From an uncultured virus (IMG/VR IMGVR_UViG_3300021197_001353) (Duplodnaviria; Heunggongvirae; Uroviricota; Caudoviricetes), in the IMG/VR virus record IMGVR_UViG_3300021197_001353: a stretch of DNA of 64,000 nucleotides; one strand, written 5' to 3'. Both the position numbers and the translations under genes were made by a program. How positions within the stretch are numbered: position 1 is the first letter of the stretch; each line of letters begins with the position of its first letter. Positions 27,698-37,406 of the stretch are shown one piece after another. Below the pieces are notes generated by a model. It was not told the DNA's origin, did not search any database, and worked only from the letters and a program-made list of their open reading frames with translations.

Positions 27698-29263
27698 ATG
27701 GCTAGAAAAGTAACACAACTCCCTACTAGAACGAAAAGCCAAACCTCATCGAAAGATGTGTTGCTGCTTTCGAATGTAGAAACCGGCAAAAACTACCAGC
27801 TGCCGGTCACCGATGTATTCCCTACACTAAACAATGGGGCCCTCACAGGAAATTCAGGTAATGCACTTACTGCTATATCTGCAGCTAATACTGCAAAGAT
27901 TTTCCAAGGTGGAGGAAGCGGAGATACCGTTACAGGAGTTGAAAGAGGTACACTTGTATTTAGGGGATTCCGATTAGATACAGCTGGGTCAGGCACAGTG
28001 GGGGCTTCGGCCAATCATAACAGCACCACTTGCCCTATAAAACTGTTTGAGGAAACAGTCACAACAAACAGCGCAACGGGTAATATCCTGCTCGCGTGGG
28101 ATGCTAGTAACTACGGCCTGTCAAACTTTAACAACGACTCGTCTTTCCTGACAACAGCTAACCTAGCGACGCAGGTAACAGGCATTCTCCCCGTCACTAG
28201 TGGAGGCACAGGGTTAAGCAGTATTGCACAAGGCTCTGTGGTGGTTGCTACATCTAGCAACACACTGGCAGCAGCTACTCCTAGTGGTAATGGTAAAGTC
28301 TTGATATCAAACGCAAGTACAGGATACCCAGCGTGGGCTACACTTACTGCGGGTACCAATGTAACAATTAGTGAGAGTGCCGGGGGGATTAGTATAGCCT
28401 CTTCAATCGGCTCCATATCAAGTACTCTGGATATGAGCAACAACAACATCGACTTAGGAAATGGATTCCTGAGCGGTGATGGAACAAGTGAAGGCATTCA
28501 AATCGATGCTGCCGGTAAAGTATTTATAGGACAAAACACTCCCGCAGACCCATACTTTACCAGCGACCTTAATGTCCATGGCAACATAAGCCTTGGTACT
28601 TCTACAAGTGGTAATGGTGTTACAATATCAGCTAAGCCTACGACGTCAGGAACATCTGGCATATTCGGCATAACCGGATCTAGTGCTTCTGGCACAGGTA
28701 ATGCAGGGGGTGTGTTGTTGATGTCAGCAGGTAACGGGGATGGTAATGGTAACGGGGGTGACCTCCAGCTTAACGCGGGACTCAAAGCAGGCAGTGGTAT
28801 AGACGGAGACGTAATTATCAAAACTGGTGCTTCAGGCACGCTTGCTGCAGCCCTTACTGTGGATGAAAACCAAGACGTAACTGTAAATGCAGGTAGCTTG
28901 ATTGTGACTGCGGCTACTGAAGGCATTGTGCATACAGGCAGTGGAACTGTTACTCAGGCAACAAATCATACCACAGCTGTAACCATTAATGCTACTTCTG
29001 GCGTAATACAACTAGCTGCTGCTGCACTTAATGCTGCAACAAACGCAGAGTTTACTGTCACTAACAGCACTGTACAAGCAGACTCAGTTATTATTCTAAC
29101 AGTACAAGATGAGAACACAACAAACAACGCTCAGCTTACAGCATGCACGCATACAATAGCTGGGGGTAGTTTTAAGATCTCGGTATTTAACCCTGCAGCA
29201 ACCGGAGCTACTTCTGCAACAGCAAGCAAGATTCACTTCTTGATTATAAACAATTCTGTGTAA
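27698..29263 (+). CDS. Tail fibre protein
   Basis: G/S/T/A-rich; VTGILPVTSGGTG fibre repeat; Gly-rich beta repeats. Confidence 0.75.
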   Translation: MARKVTQLPTRTKSQTSSKDVLLLSNVETGKNYQLPVTDVFPTLNNGALTGNSGNALTAISAANTAKIFQGGGSGDTVTGVERGTLVFRGFRLDTAGSGTVGASANHNSTTCPIKLFEETVTTNSATGNILLAWDASNYGLSNFNNDSSFLTTANLATQVTGILPVTSGGTGLSSIAQGSVVVATSSNTLAAATPSGNGKVLISNASTGYPAWATLTAGTNVTISESAGGISIASSIGSISSTLDMSNNNIDLGNGFLSGDGTSEGIQIDAAGKVFIGQNTPADPYFTSDLNVHGNISLGTSTSGNGVTISAKPTTSGTSGIFGITGSSASGTGNAGGVLLMSAGNGDGNGNGGDLQLNAGLKAGSGIDGDVIIKTGASGTLAAALTVDENQDVTVNAGSLIVTAATEGIVHTGSGTVTQATNHTTAVTINATSGVIQLAAAALNAATNAEFTVTNSTVQADSVIILTVQDENTTNNAQLTACTHTIAGGSFKISVFNPAATGATSATASKIHFLIINNSV

Positions 29264-29293
29264 CTTTACATAAACTCATATAATCCAAACACT

Positions 29294-29710
29294 ATGATTA
29301 ATTTTAAGGGCACTAACCGCCAACTCCTTAACCTCTACAGAGGCCTCGAGAATGTTAAGAACATCAAGGGCTCGCGCTTCGCAGTTCTTGTAGGTAAGAA
29401 CATGAAAGAGATTAAGCACATTCTCCAACCTATTGAGGATGCTGCTCTTCCATCACCTTCATTCCAAACAGTATCTATACAGATGCGAGACCTTATGGAA
29501 GCAGAAGACAAGGAGGCAATGACTCAATTGGAGGAAGAGAACAAAGATCTTATTGAGGAACGCCAAGAGCAGATGAAGAGGGTAGAGGAGTTGTTGGAGG
29601 GGGATGCTGAAATTAAACTGCACGCCGTGCGCGACGACCAACTCCCAGAAGATATTACTGGCGAGCAAGTAGAAAAAATTCTAGAAATTATAACCGATGG
29701 CAACGATTAA
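29294..29710 (+). CDS. Hypothetical helical protein, possible fibre chaperone
   Basis: 138 aa, acidic coiled coil, directly after the fibre gene. Confidence 0.6.
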   Translation: MINFKGTNRQLLNLYRGLENVKNIKGSRFAVLVGKNMKEIKHILQPIEDAALPSPSFQTVSIQMRDLMEAEDKEAMTQLEEENKDLIEERQEQMKRVEELLEGDAEIKLHAVRDDQLPEDITGEQVEKILEIITDGND

Positions 29711-30089
29711 TACAAGGCTGAGTCTTCAGTCCAAAAACCTGTTCACAAACTCTCTAAACCAGAGAGTGGACAAAGCATACAGCGTTACTAGCGAGGTACT
29801 CAAGAGAACAAAAAACATAACTGCAGCCTCCAGTGGTGCAGCTGAGACTATTCTTACGGTAGCGGAGTATGGGGCTGATAAGTCAGTGTTTGTGTTTTTA
29901 CGCAACAGGTCTACTAAGACAGATAAACATATCTACGTAATCGTAGGATCACAACAAGTCATGAGGCTTTCTCCTGGACAGTATACTCTATTTCCTTGGA
30001 GAACAGAAAGCGGAGATGACCTTAAAATCTATGGTAACGATGCTGCTGGTATAAACATTGAGTACCTAGTAGGAAAAATGAATGCCTGA
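29697..30089 (+). CDS. Small beta-rich structural protein (likely paralog of 34407-34799)
   Basis: 130 aa; VFVFLRN, RLSPGQYTLFPW, IEY motifs. Confidence 0.65.
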   Translation: MATINTRLSLQSKNLFTNSLNQRVDKAYSVTSEVLKRTKNITAASSGAAETILTVAEYGADKSVFVFLRNRSTKTDKHIYVIVGSQQVMRLSPGQYTLFPWRTESGDDLKIYGNDAAGINIEYLVGKMNA

Positions 30090-30528
30090 TATGCCTGGAC
30101 GTAAGAAAATAAAAGATACCCTCCTTGGCAAGTGGTTGGCGGAGAAGGCACCTAACGTACTCGGTACAGTAGGTGACCTTCTTCCTGACAGCGGTGCTTT
30201 GGGTGTCGTAAAGAACCTCTTGGATAAAGATCCAAATGTTGACCCAGCTGAAGCAAAGGCTAAAATTGATGCTGAGATAGCATTCCAAAACAACGTTACT
30301 GAGCGTTGGAAGGCTGATATGGGCAGCGATGTCAAACTCGCTAAGCTTATTAGACCCCTTACACTTATAGCTCTCATGGTCATGTTTGTAGGTACCATGG
30401 TAGCAGATAGTATGGACGGTTGGCCTTTCAATGTAAAAGACTCCTATGTGTCTCTCTTGGAGATACTGATGCTCACAGCATTCGGTGCATACTTCGCAGG
30501 GCGTACCATAGAAAAAGCTAAAAGGTAA
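30082..30528 (+). CDS. Holin (GTA 3TM-holin-like)
   Basis: VTERWKADM, LAKLIRPLTL, two TM segments, AFGAYFAGRTIEK. Confidence 0.8.
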   Translation: MPDMPGRKKIKDTLLGKWLAEKAPNVLGTVGDLLPDSGALGVVKNLLDKDPNVDPAEAKAKIDAEIAFQNNVTERWKADMGSDVKLAKLIRPLTLIALMVMFVGTMVADSMDGWPFNVKDSYVSLLEILMLTAFGAYFAGRTIEKAKR

Positions 30529-30544
30529 TGTGCAAACCAACCAC

Positions 30545-31690
30545 ATGACAATAAATGAAATCAAAGACTTCCTAGCTGAGAAGGCAGGATATCTTAAAAA
30601 GAGCGCTGACGTACTATCTGAAAGACTTAATTGCCCAATTGAAGATTGTGAGACAGCACTCTACGAAGCCAGAAAGCTGGCTCGTAACACAGAAGACAAC
30701 GATAACGATAGCGATAACGTTATCAATGAATTCGAACAGTTCCTTGACAAAAACGGCATCAGCCAGTCTGATGTATCTAGCGTAAAGTTCTGGCAGACAG
30801 TGTCTGGACACCAACGATTCTCCGTCGTAACAAAGGGAGAGTCTATGAGTGTTGAAGCAATCAAAGAAGAGATAGAAAACTTTGCTGCTGTTTACAGCCC
30901 TGTAGTTAAAGAAGTAGATCGTTTAAAAAAATGGCCTACTCAGAACCCCATCGCCTATGAGATATCTCTTCCCGATATCCATTACGGCAAGCTCCATGAC
31001 TTCAATCTTACAGAGGTTGAAAATGAATACATGAGGATTGTTCAAGACCTGGTGCGAAAAGCCTCAGGCCTAGATATAGAAAAGTTCATACTGCCGATAG
31101 GCAATGATGGTATGAACTCAGAAGGCATGAGAGGTACCACAACTAAGGGTACCCCACAACAAGACTCTGGTGGGTGGAAAGATACATTCAGAGGATACTG
31201 GCAATTGATTACACAGGCTGTGAATTTCCTAAAAGAAAGAGCACCTGTAGATATCATTGTTGTATCAGGTAACCACGACTACGAACGCATGTTCTATGCA
31301 GGAGATGTACTTGCAGGGTGGTACCGGAATGATGCCGATGTAACTGTAGATAACAGCTACAGCTCTCGCAAGTACTACGAGTACGGCAAGAACATGTTGA
31401 TGTTTACACACGGTGACAAAGAGAAGCCTGCGGATATGCCACTCATAATGGCAACGGAAAAACCAGAAATGTTTGCACGTACGTCACATCGTGAAGTGCA
31501 CTGCGGGCATCTTCATAAAGAGATGGTCAATGAGTACAGGGGTATCAAAGTACGGTTCATTCCTTCTATTTGTCCTAACGATGAATGGCACAAGCAGATG
31601 GGGTACGAAGCTAAAAGAACAGGGCAAGCATATATATGGAATAAGTTCACAGGACTTGAAGGATATTTACAATCAAATGTTAGAGTTTGA
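30545..31690 (+). CDS. Calcineurin-like metallophosphoesterase
   Basis: PDIHYG, IGND, SGNHD, THGD and GHLH motifs; ATG 30545 preferred over GTG 30530. Confidence 0.85.
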   Translation: MTINEIKDFLAEKAGYLKKSADVLSERLNCPIEDCETALYEARKLARNTEDNDNDSDNVINEFEQFLDKNGISQSDVSSVKFWQTVSGHQRFSVVTKGESMSVEAIKEEIENFAAVYSPVVKEVDRLKKWPTQNPIAYEISLPDIHYGKLHDFNLTEVENEYMRIVQDLVRKASGLDIEKFILPIGNDGMNSEGMRGTTTKGTPQQDSGGWKDTFRGYWQLITQAVNFLKERAPVDIIVVSGNHDYERMFYAGDVLAGWYRNDADVTVDNSYSSRKYYEYGKNMLMFTHGDKEKPADMPLIMATEKPEMFARTSHREVHCGHLHKEMVNEYRGIKVRFIPSICPNDEWHKQMGYEAKRTGQAYIWNKFTGLEGYLQSNVRV

Positions 31691-31964
31691 CGACATAGAA
31701 GACGATGACCACGCCTCAATAGAGGAGGAGGTTGAGATACTAGACGAAGCATACCGTAACGCCTATGCTATTGCTGTGGGCAAAATGACCGTACGTGAGC
31801 TTTTAAACAAGGCTGACGATATGATATTCCTGCCGTTTGATCCTTCTTCTCCTGAGACATTTGCAATGATCGTAGACGACATCATACAATACTTTGAAGA
31901 CACGGAAGAATACGAAAAGTGTGCTGAGCTAGTACACGCTAAAAAGAAGTTTGATGACACTTGA
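31677..31964 (+). CDS. Small acidic protein with UVR-like C-terminus
   Basis: MLEFDDIED...YFEDTEEYEKCAEL. The real start is probably ATG 31677, not 31473. Confidence 0.65.
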   Translation: MLEFDDIEDDDHASIEEEVEILDEAYRNAYAIAVGKMTVRELLNKADDMIFLPFDPSSPETFAMIVDDIIQYFEDTEEYEKCAELVHAKKKFDDT

Positions 31965-32628
31965 CGAGATTGCATACAACATACTGAACCTTCTTAGAGG
32001 CGGCAGGACTCACAATGATGAGCTTATATCTATTGACCAGATTAAGTTCAACATACAACACTACCGTGCTATGCTCATACGTAGGGACTACGCCCGCAAT
32101 GGCTACGTCTCTAAATCGATAGAGCAGGATCTAGGCTGTCTATTCCTAGAGTCTGTAGACATGTCCAAATGCTGCGGTATGGATCTGCCTACGGGATGCA
32201 CTGTACACAGAACAAAGAGACGTCTACCCAAAACTGTACGGTTCAATTTGTCAGATGCATTCACGTTTATAGGTAAACCTAATGGTGCAAGCACTATACC
32301 TAAGATGGAAGCCTATGAGTTAGATTGGGTACCTTACGATAAATATACATCTAGAGAAATGCGTTACTACGTAATTGATGAGTATATTTACGTCTACGAA
32401 CCTCAAGGCTTAGAAGCAATAAATGTTCGTGGCGTATTCGAAGATCCTGAGGAGATAGGAAATTTTGCTACATGTGATAGCGATTTTTGTTATGACGAGC
32501 AAAGTCACTATCCCTTACCTATGGATATGGTTAGCGCTATAACAAATGGTTTGGTACGAGGAGAGCTGTCACTCCTAACCACAACTATTAACGATACTGA
32601 GAACGACAGACAACAAGATAAGCAATAA
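31951..32628 (+). CDS. Tail ring / tubular structural protein (crAss-like)
   Basis: MTLDEIAYNI, QIKFNIQHYRA, YIYV, RGVFEDPEE, YPLP motifs. Confidence 0.75.
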   Translation: MMTLDEIAYNILNLLRGGRTHNDELISIDQIKFNIQHYRAMLIRRDYARNGYVSKSIEQDLGCLFLESVDMSKCCGMDLPTGCTVHRTKRRLPKTVRFNLSDAFTFIGKPNGASTIPKMEAYELDWVPYDKYTSREMRYYVIDEYIYVYEPQGLEAINVRGVFEDPEEIGNFATCDSDFCYDEQSHYPLPMDMVSAITNGLVRGELSLLTTTINDTENDRQQDKQ

Positions 32629-32630
32629 CA

Positions 32631-33095
32631 ATGGGACTTAATACAACAACAGATAGGATGCTTAGCAGGGTTTCAGACAAGCTGACACAAAATCAGACAA
32701 GTCTGGATACTATAGCAACCGACGGAGCAGCCTCTAAAAGCTCTAACAACACCACTCAATCAGAAGTAACTCAGCACAATGCAAGAGCTTTTGGACAGAG
32801 TGGGTGCATCTTGGTTACAGGGACTGCTAACGTAATTGCTACAGCTGGATCAGGTTCTTTGAAATTTGTAGCTATACAATTTCTAGAAGACACTGTTTTT
32901 GCTTCGGCTGCAGGAGGCTTAGTAGCTAGCACTGAAAACTTATACCTAGATGATGATGCAACAGGTGCAGGTGTTGCTTCAGGTGGTGGTGGTGCAAATA
33001 CAGATGGCATCACCTTCCCAAAGGGAATGACCTTGTACGGTAGGTACACCAGCTTCACACTGGCATCAGGTAAAGTAGTAGCATACTTGGGATGA
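32631..33095 (+). CDS. Small structural beta protein
   Basis: FVAIQFLEDTVF...FPKGMTLYGRYTSFTLASGKVVAY. Confidence 0.7.
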   Translation: MGLNTTTDRMLSRVSDKLTQNQTSLDTIATDGAASKSSNNTTQSEVTQHNARAFGQSGCILVTGTANVIATAGSGSLKFVAIQFLEDTVFASAAGGLVASTENLYLDDDATGAGVASGGGGANTDGITFPKGMTLYGRYTSFTLASGKVVAYLG

Positions 33096-33865
33096 TCGGT
33101 CTAGGACTAAATACAGCTGAGGATACTTCGCACCCTACATTGTTTGGTGGACTACCTGCTGAGACACAGAACTATTCTGTGTACTTGGATGGGGCCAGTG
33201 ACCGTATCCAAGCTGGGAGTATGGCAGTCAGCTGGCTAAAGGTTTTTACTGCTAATAATCCCTTCAGTCTGCACTTCGCCGTAAAGCTTAATACTCTTAA
33301 TATGACTATAAGTTTCACGGGAAACTCTACTAACTACGTCTGGCTTTTTGTTGACGCGGGAGGTGATTTAAAACTAGCTTATGGAATAAGTAGCACACTG
33401 AGCGGCCAAGAAATTTGGGATACAAACCTTTCTACAGGCACTTGGTATGATATAGTTATTACAGCAGATGCTTCTACAAACAGAGACGTTAAGTGCTACG
33501 TCAACAAAGTTGAAAAAACTAGTACAAGTGCGGTGGCCATGCCTAAGGCTGATAATCCTGCGGGTCTCAGTGGTAAGTTTACTATGGGTACATTCGCGAA
33601 CATAGTTGATTACGACTTTAGAATTGATAGGCTTGCTTCTTGGACCAGTGTACTAACATCTGCTGAGATTACAGAGATTTACGATAACTACCCAGATCTC
33701 ACAGCAGACTCAGGAAACTATGTTTCCTCTGACGACCTAGAGACTTACTACAAGATGGAGGAAGGATCAGGCACTACAATGGCAGATAGTTCTGGTAATG
33801 GTAACGCCAGTCTTAGTGTTGTAAATGCGAGTGTAAACTTCTGGAGCTCAGATACTAGAATATAA
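33092..33865 (+). CDS. LamG / concanavalin A-like lectin domain protein
   Basis: YSVYLDG, LSTGTWYDIVIT, IDRLASWTSVLTSAEI, YYKMEEGSGTTMADSSGNGN. Confidence 0.85.
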   Translation: MIGLGLNTAEDTSHPTLFGGLPAETQNYSVYLDGASDRIQAGSMAVSWLKVFTANNPFSLHFAVKLNTLNMTISFTGNSTNYVWLFVDAGGDLKLAYGISSTLSGQEIWDTNLSTGTWYDIVITADASTNRDVKCYVNKVEKTSTSAVAMPKADNPAGLSGKFTMGTFANIVDYDFRIDRLASWTSVLTSAEITEIYDNYPDLTADSGNYVSSDDLETYYKMEEGSGTTMADSSGNGNASLSVVNASVNFWSSDTRI

Positions 33866-34119
33866 TGGCAACGAAGTACGTAATCATAGAGGCAAGCGAG
33901 GTAAGCTCTGTAGACTTCTCACAAGTACGTGAAGATTCTGCAGACACTGTACGCTACAACCTCGACAACAGCAAAGCACTTGTCAAGTTTGATGGTAGCA
34001 CTCCGTCATTCCTAGACGGTAAAGCTGAGTACACCCACTCGCAGATAAGAACAATACTAACCGATGAAGCGCAAGGCTGGTACATAGCCGACACGCAGGC
34101 ATATCTAGATAGCTTATAA
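33865..34119 (+). CDS. Small hypothetical protein coupled to the LamG gene
   Basis: 84 aa; TAATG coupling; YVII...VDFSQV..DS..TVRY. Confidence 0.75.
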   Translation: MATKYVIIEASEVSSVDFSQVREDSADTVRYNLDNSKALVKFDGSTPSFLDGKAEYTHSQIRTILTDEAQGWYIADTQAYLDSL

Positions 34120-34121
34120 TT

Positions 34122-34394
34122 ATGGCAACGGCAGCATGGACACGGAAAGAGGGTAAGAACCCATCAGGAGGACTAAACCGAAAGGGCATTGCTTCTTATC
34201 GTAAAGCCAACCCCGGCAGTAAGTTGTCTATGGCTGTTACAGAAAAGAACCCCACAGGTAAGAAGAAGTCTAGACGTAAGTCATTCTGCTCTCGTATGTG
34301 CGGGATGAAAGCAAAAAGGACAGGCTCCAAAGGTAAGAGAGATCCGAACTCAAGAATTAACAAAGCACTACGCAAGTGGAGATGTAGATGCTAA
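34122..34394 (+). CDS. Small basic protein (DUF6321-like, from memory)
   Basis: AWTRKEGKNPSGGLN...RRKSFCSRM...SRINKALRKWRC. Confidence 0.75.
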   Translation: MATAAWTRKEGKNPSGGLNRKGIASYRKANPGSKLSMAVTEKNPTGKKKSRRKSFCSRMCGMKAKRTGSKGKRDPNSRINKALRKWRCRC

Positions 34395-34406
34395 TAAAGA
34401 ACAACA

Positions 34407-34799
34407 ATGGGAACAATTAAACAACGATTTACGCTGACTTCTAGCGGGTCTTCAACCACAACATCTTCAGGATTTACGGTAAACTTTGCCGACAGCTTGG
34501 CTATTGAACAGCCTGTGGTAAACATGGCGTCTGGAACAGTGACAAGTTCGACGGGACCTGATACGCTTATATCTAACTCCGTATCGGATTCCACGTACAT
34601 ATACATTAAGTACGTAAGTGCATCGGCAGGCACTCCTGTTATGGTACTAAGCACTGTGGCAGGTACCCAGAACTTTTCTGACATGACTGTAGGGGAGGCA
34701 ATCTTCCTGCCACTAAAAGGTGCTACCGGTATTAGAGTAACAAGCAGTGACACCAACGCCATTCGTTATGAATACGGGTACTGGACCAAAAATGTCTAA
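34407..34799 (+). CDS. Small beta-rich structural protein (likely paralog of 29697-30089)
   Basis: 130 aa; YIYIKY, MTVGEAIFLP, YEY motifs. Confidence 0.65.
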   Translation: MGTIKQRFTLTSSGSSTTTSSGFTVNFADSLAIEQPVVNMASGTVTSSTGPDTLISNSVSDSTYIYIKYVSASAGTPVMVLSTVAGTQNFSDMTVGEAIFLPLKGATGIRVTSSDTNAIRYEYGYWTKNV

Positions 34800-35026
34800 T
34801 GGCCAGCGAAGGACTAAAGAAGTGGTTTGGTAGAAATCAAGGCCGCGGATGGGTTGACTGTAAGGCAGCTAAGGCTGCTGGTAAGTTTGTACCCTGCGGC
34901 AGGAAATCAGCAAGTAAAAGTAGGAAAACAGGATACCCGGCCTGCCGCCCTACTATGAGCGCATGTACTAAGGTAGGCATGCGTAGAAAAAAATCATCAC
35001 AACGGGTATCTTGGAAAAATAAATAA
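34799..35026 (+). CDS. Small basic Cys-containing protein (DUF5872-like, from memory)
   Basis: GLKKWF..WVDC...CGRKS...YPACRP. Confidence 0.7.
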   Translation: MASEGLKKWFGRNQGRGWVDCKAAKAAGKFVPCGRKSASKSRKTGYPACRPTMSACTKVGMRRKKSSQRVSWKNK

Positions 35027-35028
35027 CA

Positions 35029-37161
35029 ATGAATTACGGTAAAAAGAAAATGAGGCCAGGCGGACTCAAAGCAGCTACAGCCAAGCTCAAGAAGAAGAGC
35101 TACGGTGGTAAAAAAAGAATGCAGAAAGGCGGAGCTAAGCCTGACTACCTTGACCTTGATGGTGACGGTAACAGAACCGAACCTATGAAGGGCGCAGCCA
35201 AAAAGAAAATGATGGGCGGCGACTACATGCAAGAGTCTAACGAAGTCAAGTTTGGTGGACCTAGCAAAATGCAGCGAGGTGGAGCATCCGAATCGCAAAA
35301 GAAAGGACGTGAGGCTGCAAACGCTTATGAAGCAAAGCAGAAGAAGAAGAGAGAGGCAGCGAAAAGAAAGGCTGCCAATGAATCTCCTAGAGCTCGTAAG
35401 CAAAACACACCTCAAGGTACTGGCGGAGGAGCTAAGTCTAAAATGGACCAGATAGCTATCGGCAGGGCTCAAGGAGCTACTAAGGTAAAACCAAAGTCGA
35501 AAGTCACTTCGAAGCTGAACCAGCTTAACAAAGCACCCAGCAAAAAAACAGGCAATGACAGGTCATTCAATACAGCTTTTAGTGATGCCCGTAAAGCCGG
35601 CAAAACCACATTCATGTGGAGAGGCAAGAAGTATGGCACCAAGACAAAGGCAGAGGCTTCGAAGACAAAGCCTATGAGCACAATTGCTAAAAAGTCTGCT
35701 AAGGCTATTGGTGTAGAAACAAGCAAAGACCTTAAGATGTCAGCGCCCCTTAAATCTGCTGCACCCGCACCTAAGACTAAATCTAAATCTAAGTCTACGC
35801 GTGCTGATAGAATAACAGCTAGAGGTACAAAGAAGGCTGGTAAGATTACAGCTAAAGCAAATAAGAGGGCTAGTAAGATTACTAGACGTTCTAACATCAA
35901 GTCAGCTAAGGCAGACGCTAAGAAGGCGATCAGAGCTGCTAAGGGAAAGCCAGAGAAGAAGTTTATCGGTGGACTCGTTGGTGCTGCAAGAGGCTTTAGA
36001 AAAAACAAAGGAAAAGGTCTTGGTGCTAGACTCAAAGGTTTGGCTTCAGGTGCTGCTGGCGGATCGATGCTCGGCAGAGCAGCTGGTGCTCTCAAAGGTA
36101 TGAGAGGGGCCAAAGGCAAGGGACTCAAGGGTAGACTCAAAGGAGCTATGAGCGGTGCACTGAGAGGCAGCGGCGATGAGATCCAAGGAGGAATGGACCG
36201 GGCAGGAAGAGCAGGAAAAAGAATGGCTCGTAGAGCTGGTCGTATGGCTCGTAAGGGTATTGGAATGGCTAAGGACGCAGCATCTGTTGCACTCGGAGGT
36301 CAGGATGAGATGATGTACGGAGGTAAGAAGAAAATGTACGGAGGCTCAAAAAAAAAAGTAGATAAAAAACTGTTCGGTGGCAGAGCAGCTAGACAGGAGC
36401 GTCGTGAGGACAGACAAGAACGTCGTGGTGCTCGTCAAGAGGCTCGCCAAGATGCTAGGGCTCAGGGTGCAGGATTCTTTGGTGCAATGGGTGCAGGTAT
36501 GCAAGCTGGTAGTGACATGCGTCAAGAGCAGCAGCAACAGGCTATGGGTCAACAGGCCCAGCCACAACAACCTGCTCCAATGAATCCGGCCCCGCCTGCC
36601 CCAATGGTACCAGCTATGATGCAGAAAGGTATGGTTAAAGGACAGATGCCTACAAAAACCATTGACGGTAGTGGTGATGATCAGTTCGCGGCTGGTGCTC
36701 TCAAATCTGCACCTCCAGGCACCATGAGAAAAGGTGGTGTAGCTAAGAAGCTATTCGGAGGTAAAGGTAAAGAGCGCAGGGAAGACAGAAGAGAGAGACG
36801 CGGTATTCGTAAAGCTCAAAAGGCTGAAGACAAAGCAGCACTTGAGGGCTTGAGCGGAAAGGAGAAGAGACAGGCTCGTAGGAGTATGCGCCAAGACAGA
36901 CGTCAAGACAATAGAGAGCTTAGAAAAGAGCAGCGTCTTGAAAGGAGGGGAGTAATGCCGGGTGCCGAAGGTTTTGAGGATGTGCAAGAGACAGATGCAG
37001 CATTGACAGGTTCAGCGGCTGGAGGTATAGACTTGAGAGCCAAGAAGGTCGGACTGGATACTGGCGGAGGTGCAGCTAAGAGAGGTGGATTTAAAGACCG
37101 CCGCAAAGGCCGCAAGAAGAGCAAAACAATGGGTAAAGGTGGTAGAAAAAACAAAAGATAA
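35029..37161 (+). CDS. Highly basic low-complexity protein with repeated xxxGG motifs
   Basis: 710 aa, K/R/A/G/M-rich, about 14 xxxGG motifs; DLDGDG and F..AF..AR..G...F.W.GK.Y.T modules. Confidence 0.85.
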   Translation: MNYGKKKMRPGGLKAATAKLKKKSYGGKKRMQKGGAKPDYLDLDGDGNRTEPMKGAAKKKMMGGDYMQESNEVKFGGPSKMQRGGASESQKKGREAANAYEAKQKKKREAAKRKAANESPRARKQNTPQGTGGGAKSKMDQIAIGRAQGATKVKPKSKVTSKLNQLNKAPSKKTGNDRSFNTAFSDARKAGKTTFMWRGKKYGTKTKAEASKTKPMSTIAKKSAKAIGVETSKDLKMSAPLKSAAPAPKTKSKSKSTRADRITARGTKKAGKITAKANKRASKITRRSNIKSAKADAKKAIRAAKGKPEKKFIGGLVGAARGFRKNKGKGLGARLKGLASGAAGGSMLGRAAGALKGMRGAKGKGLKGRLKGAMSGALRGSGDEIQGGMDRAGRAGKRMARRAGRMARKGIGMAKDAASVALGGQDEMMYGGKKKMYGGSKKKVDKKLFGGRAARQERREDRQERRGARQEARQDARAQGAGFFGAMGAGMQAGSDMRQEQQQQAMGQQAQPQQPAPMNPAPPAPMVPAMMQKGMVKGQMPTKTIDGSGDDQFAAGALKSAPPGTMRKGGVAKKLFGGKGKERREDRRERRGIRKAQKAEDKAALEGLSGKEKRQARRSMRQDRRQDNRELRKEQRLERRGVMPGAEGFEDVQETDAALTGSAAGGIDLRAKKVGLDTGGGAAKRGGFKDRRKGRKKSKTMGKGGRKNKR

Positions 37162-37163
37162 TT

Positions 37164-37406
37164 ATGTACAAAGCACTAGATTACAAGAAGAAGGGAGGCT
37201 TTAAGATAAGCGGACCCTGTAAATCTGCAGCTAAGAGTAAGTTTGATGTATACCCTTCGGCATATGCCAATGCCTGGGGTGTACGTTGTACTAAAGCTGG
37301 TGGGCCTGGAAGTATGGGCAAGTCAAAGAAGAAGGATGGCGGTGCTATAGATTACGACTTCGACAAAGAGTACGGTAACAAGATATACGGTAGAAGAAAA
37401 AAGTAA
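37164..37406 (+). CDS. Small basic protein (YPSAYAN motif)
   Basis: C.SAAKSKFDVYPSAYANAW..RC flanked by KKKGG and KKDGG. Confidence 0.75.
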   Translation: MYKALDYKKKGGFKISGPCKSAAKSKFDVYPSAYANAWGVRCTKAGGPGSMGKSKKKDGGAIDYDFDKEYGNKIYGRRKK

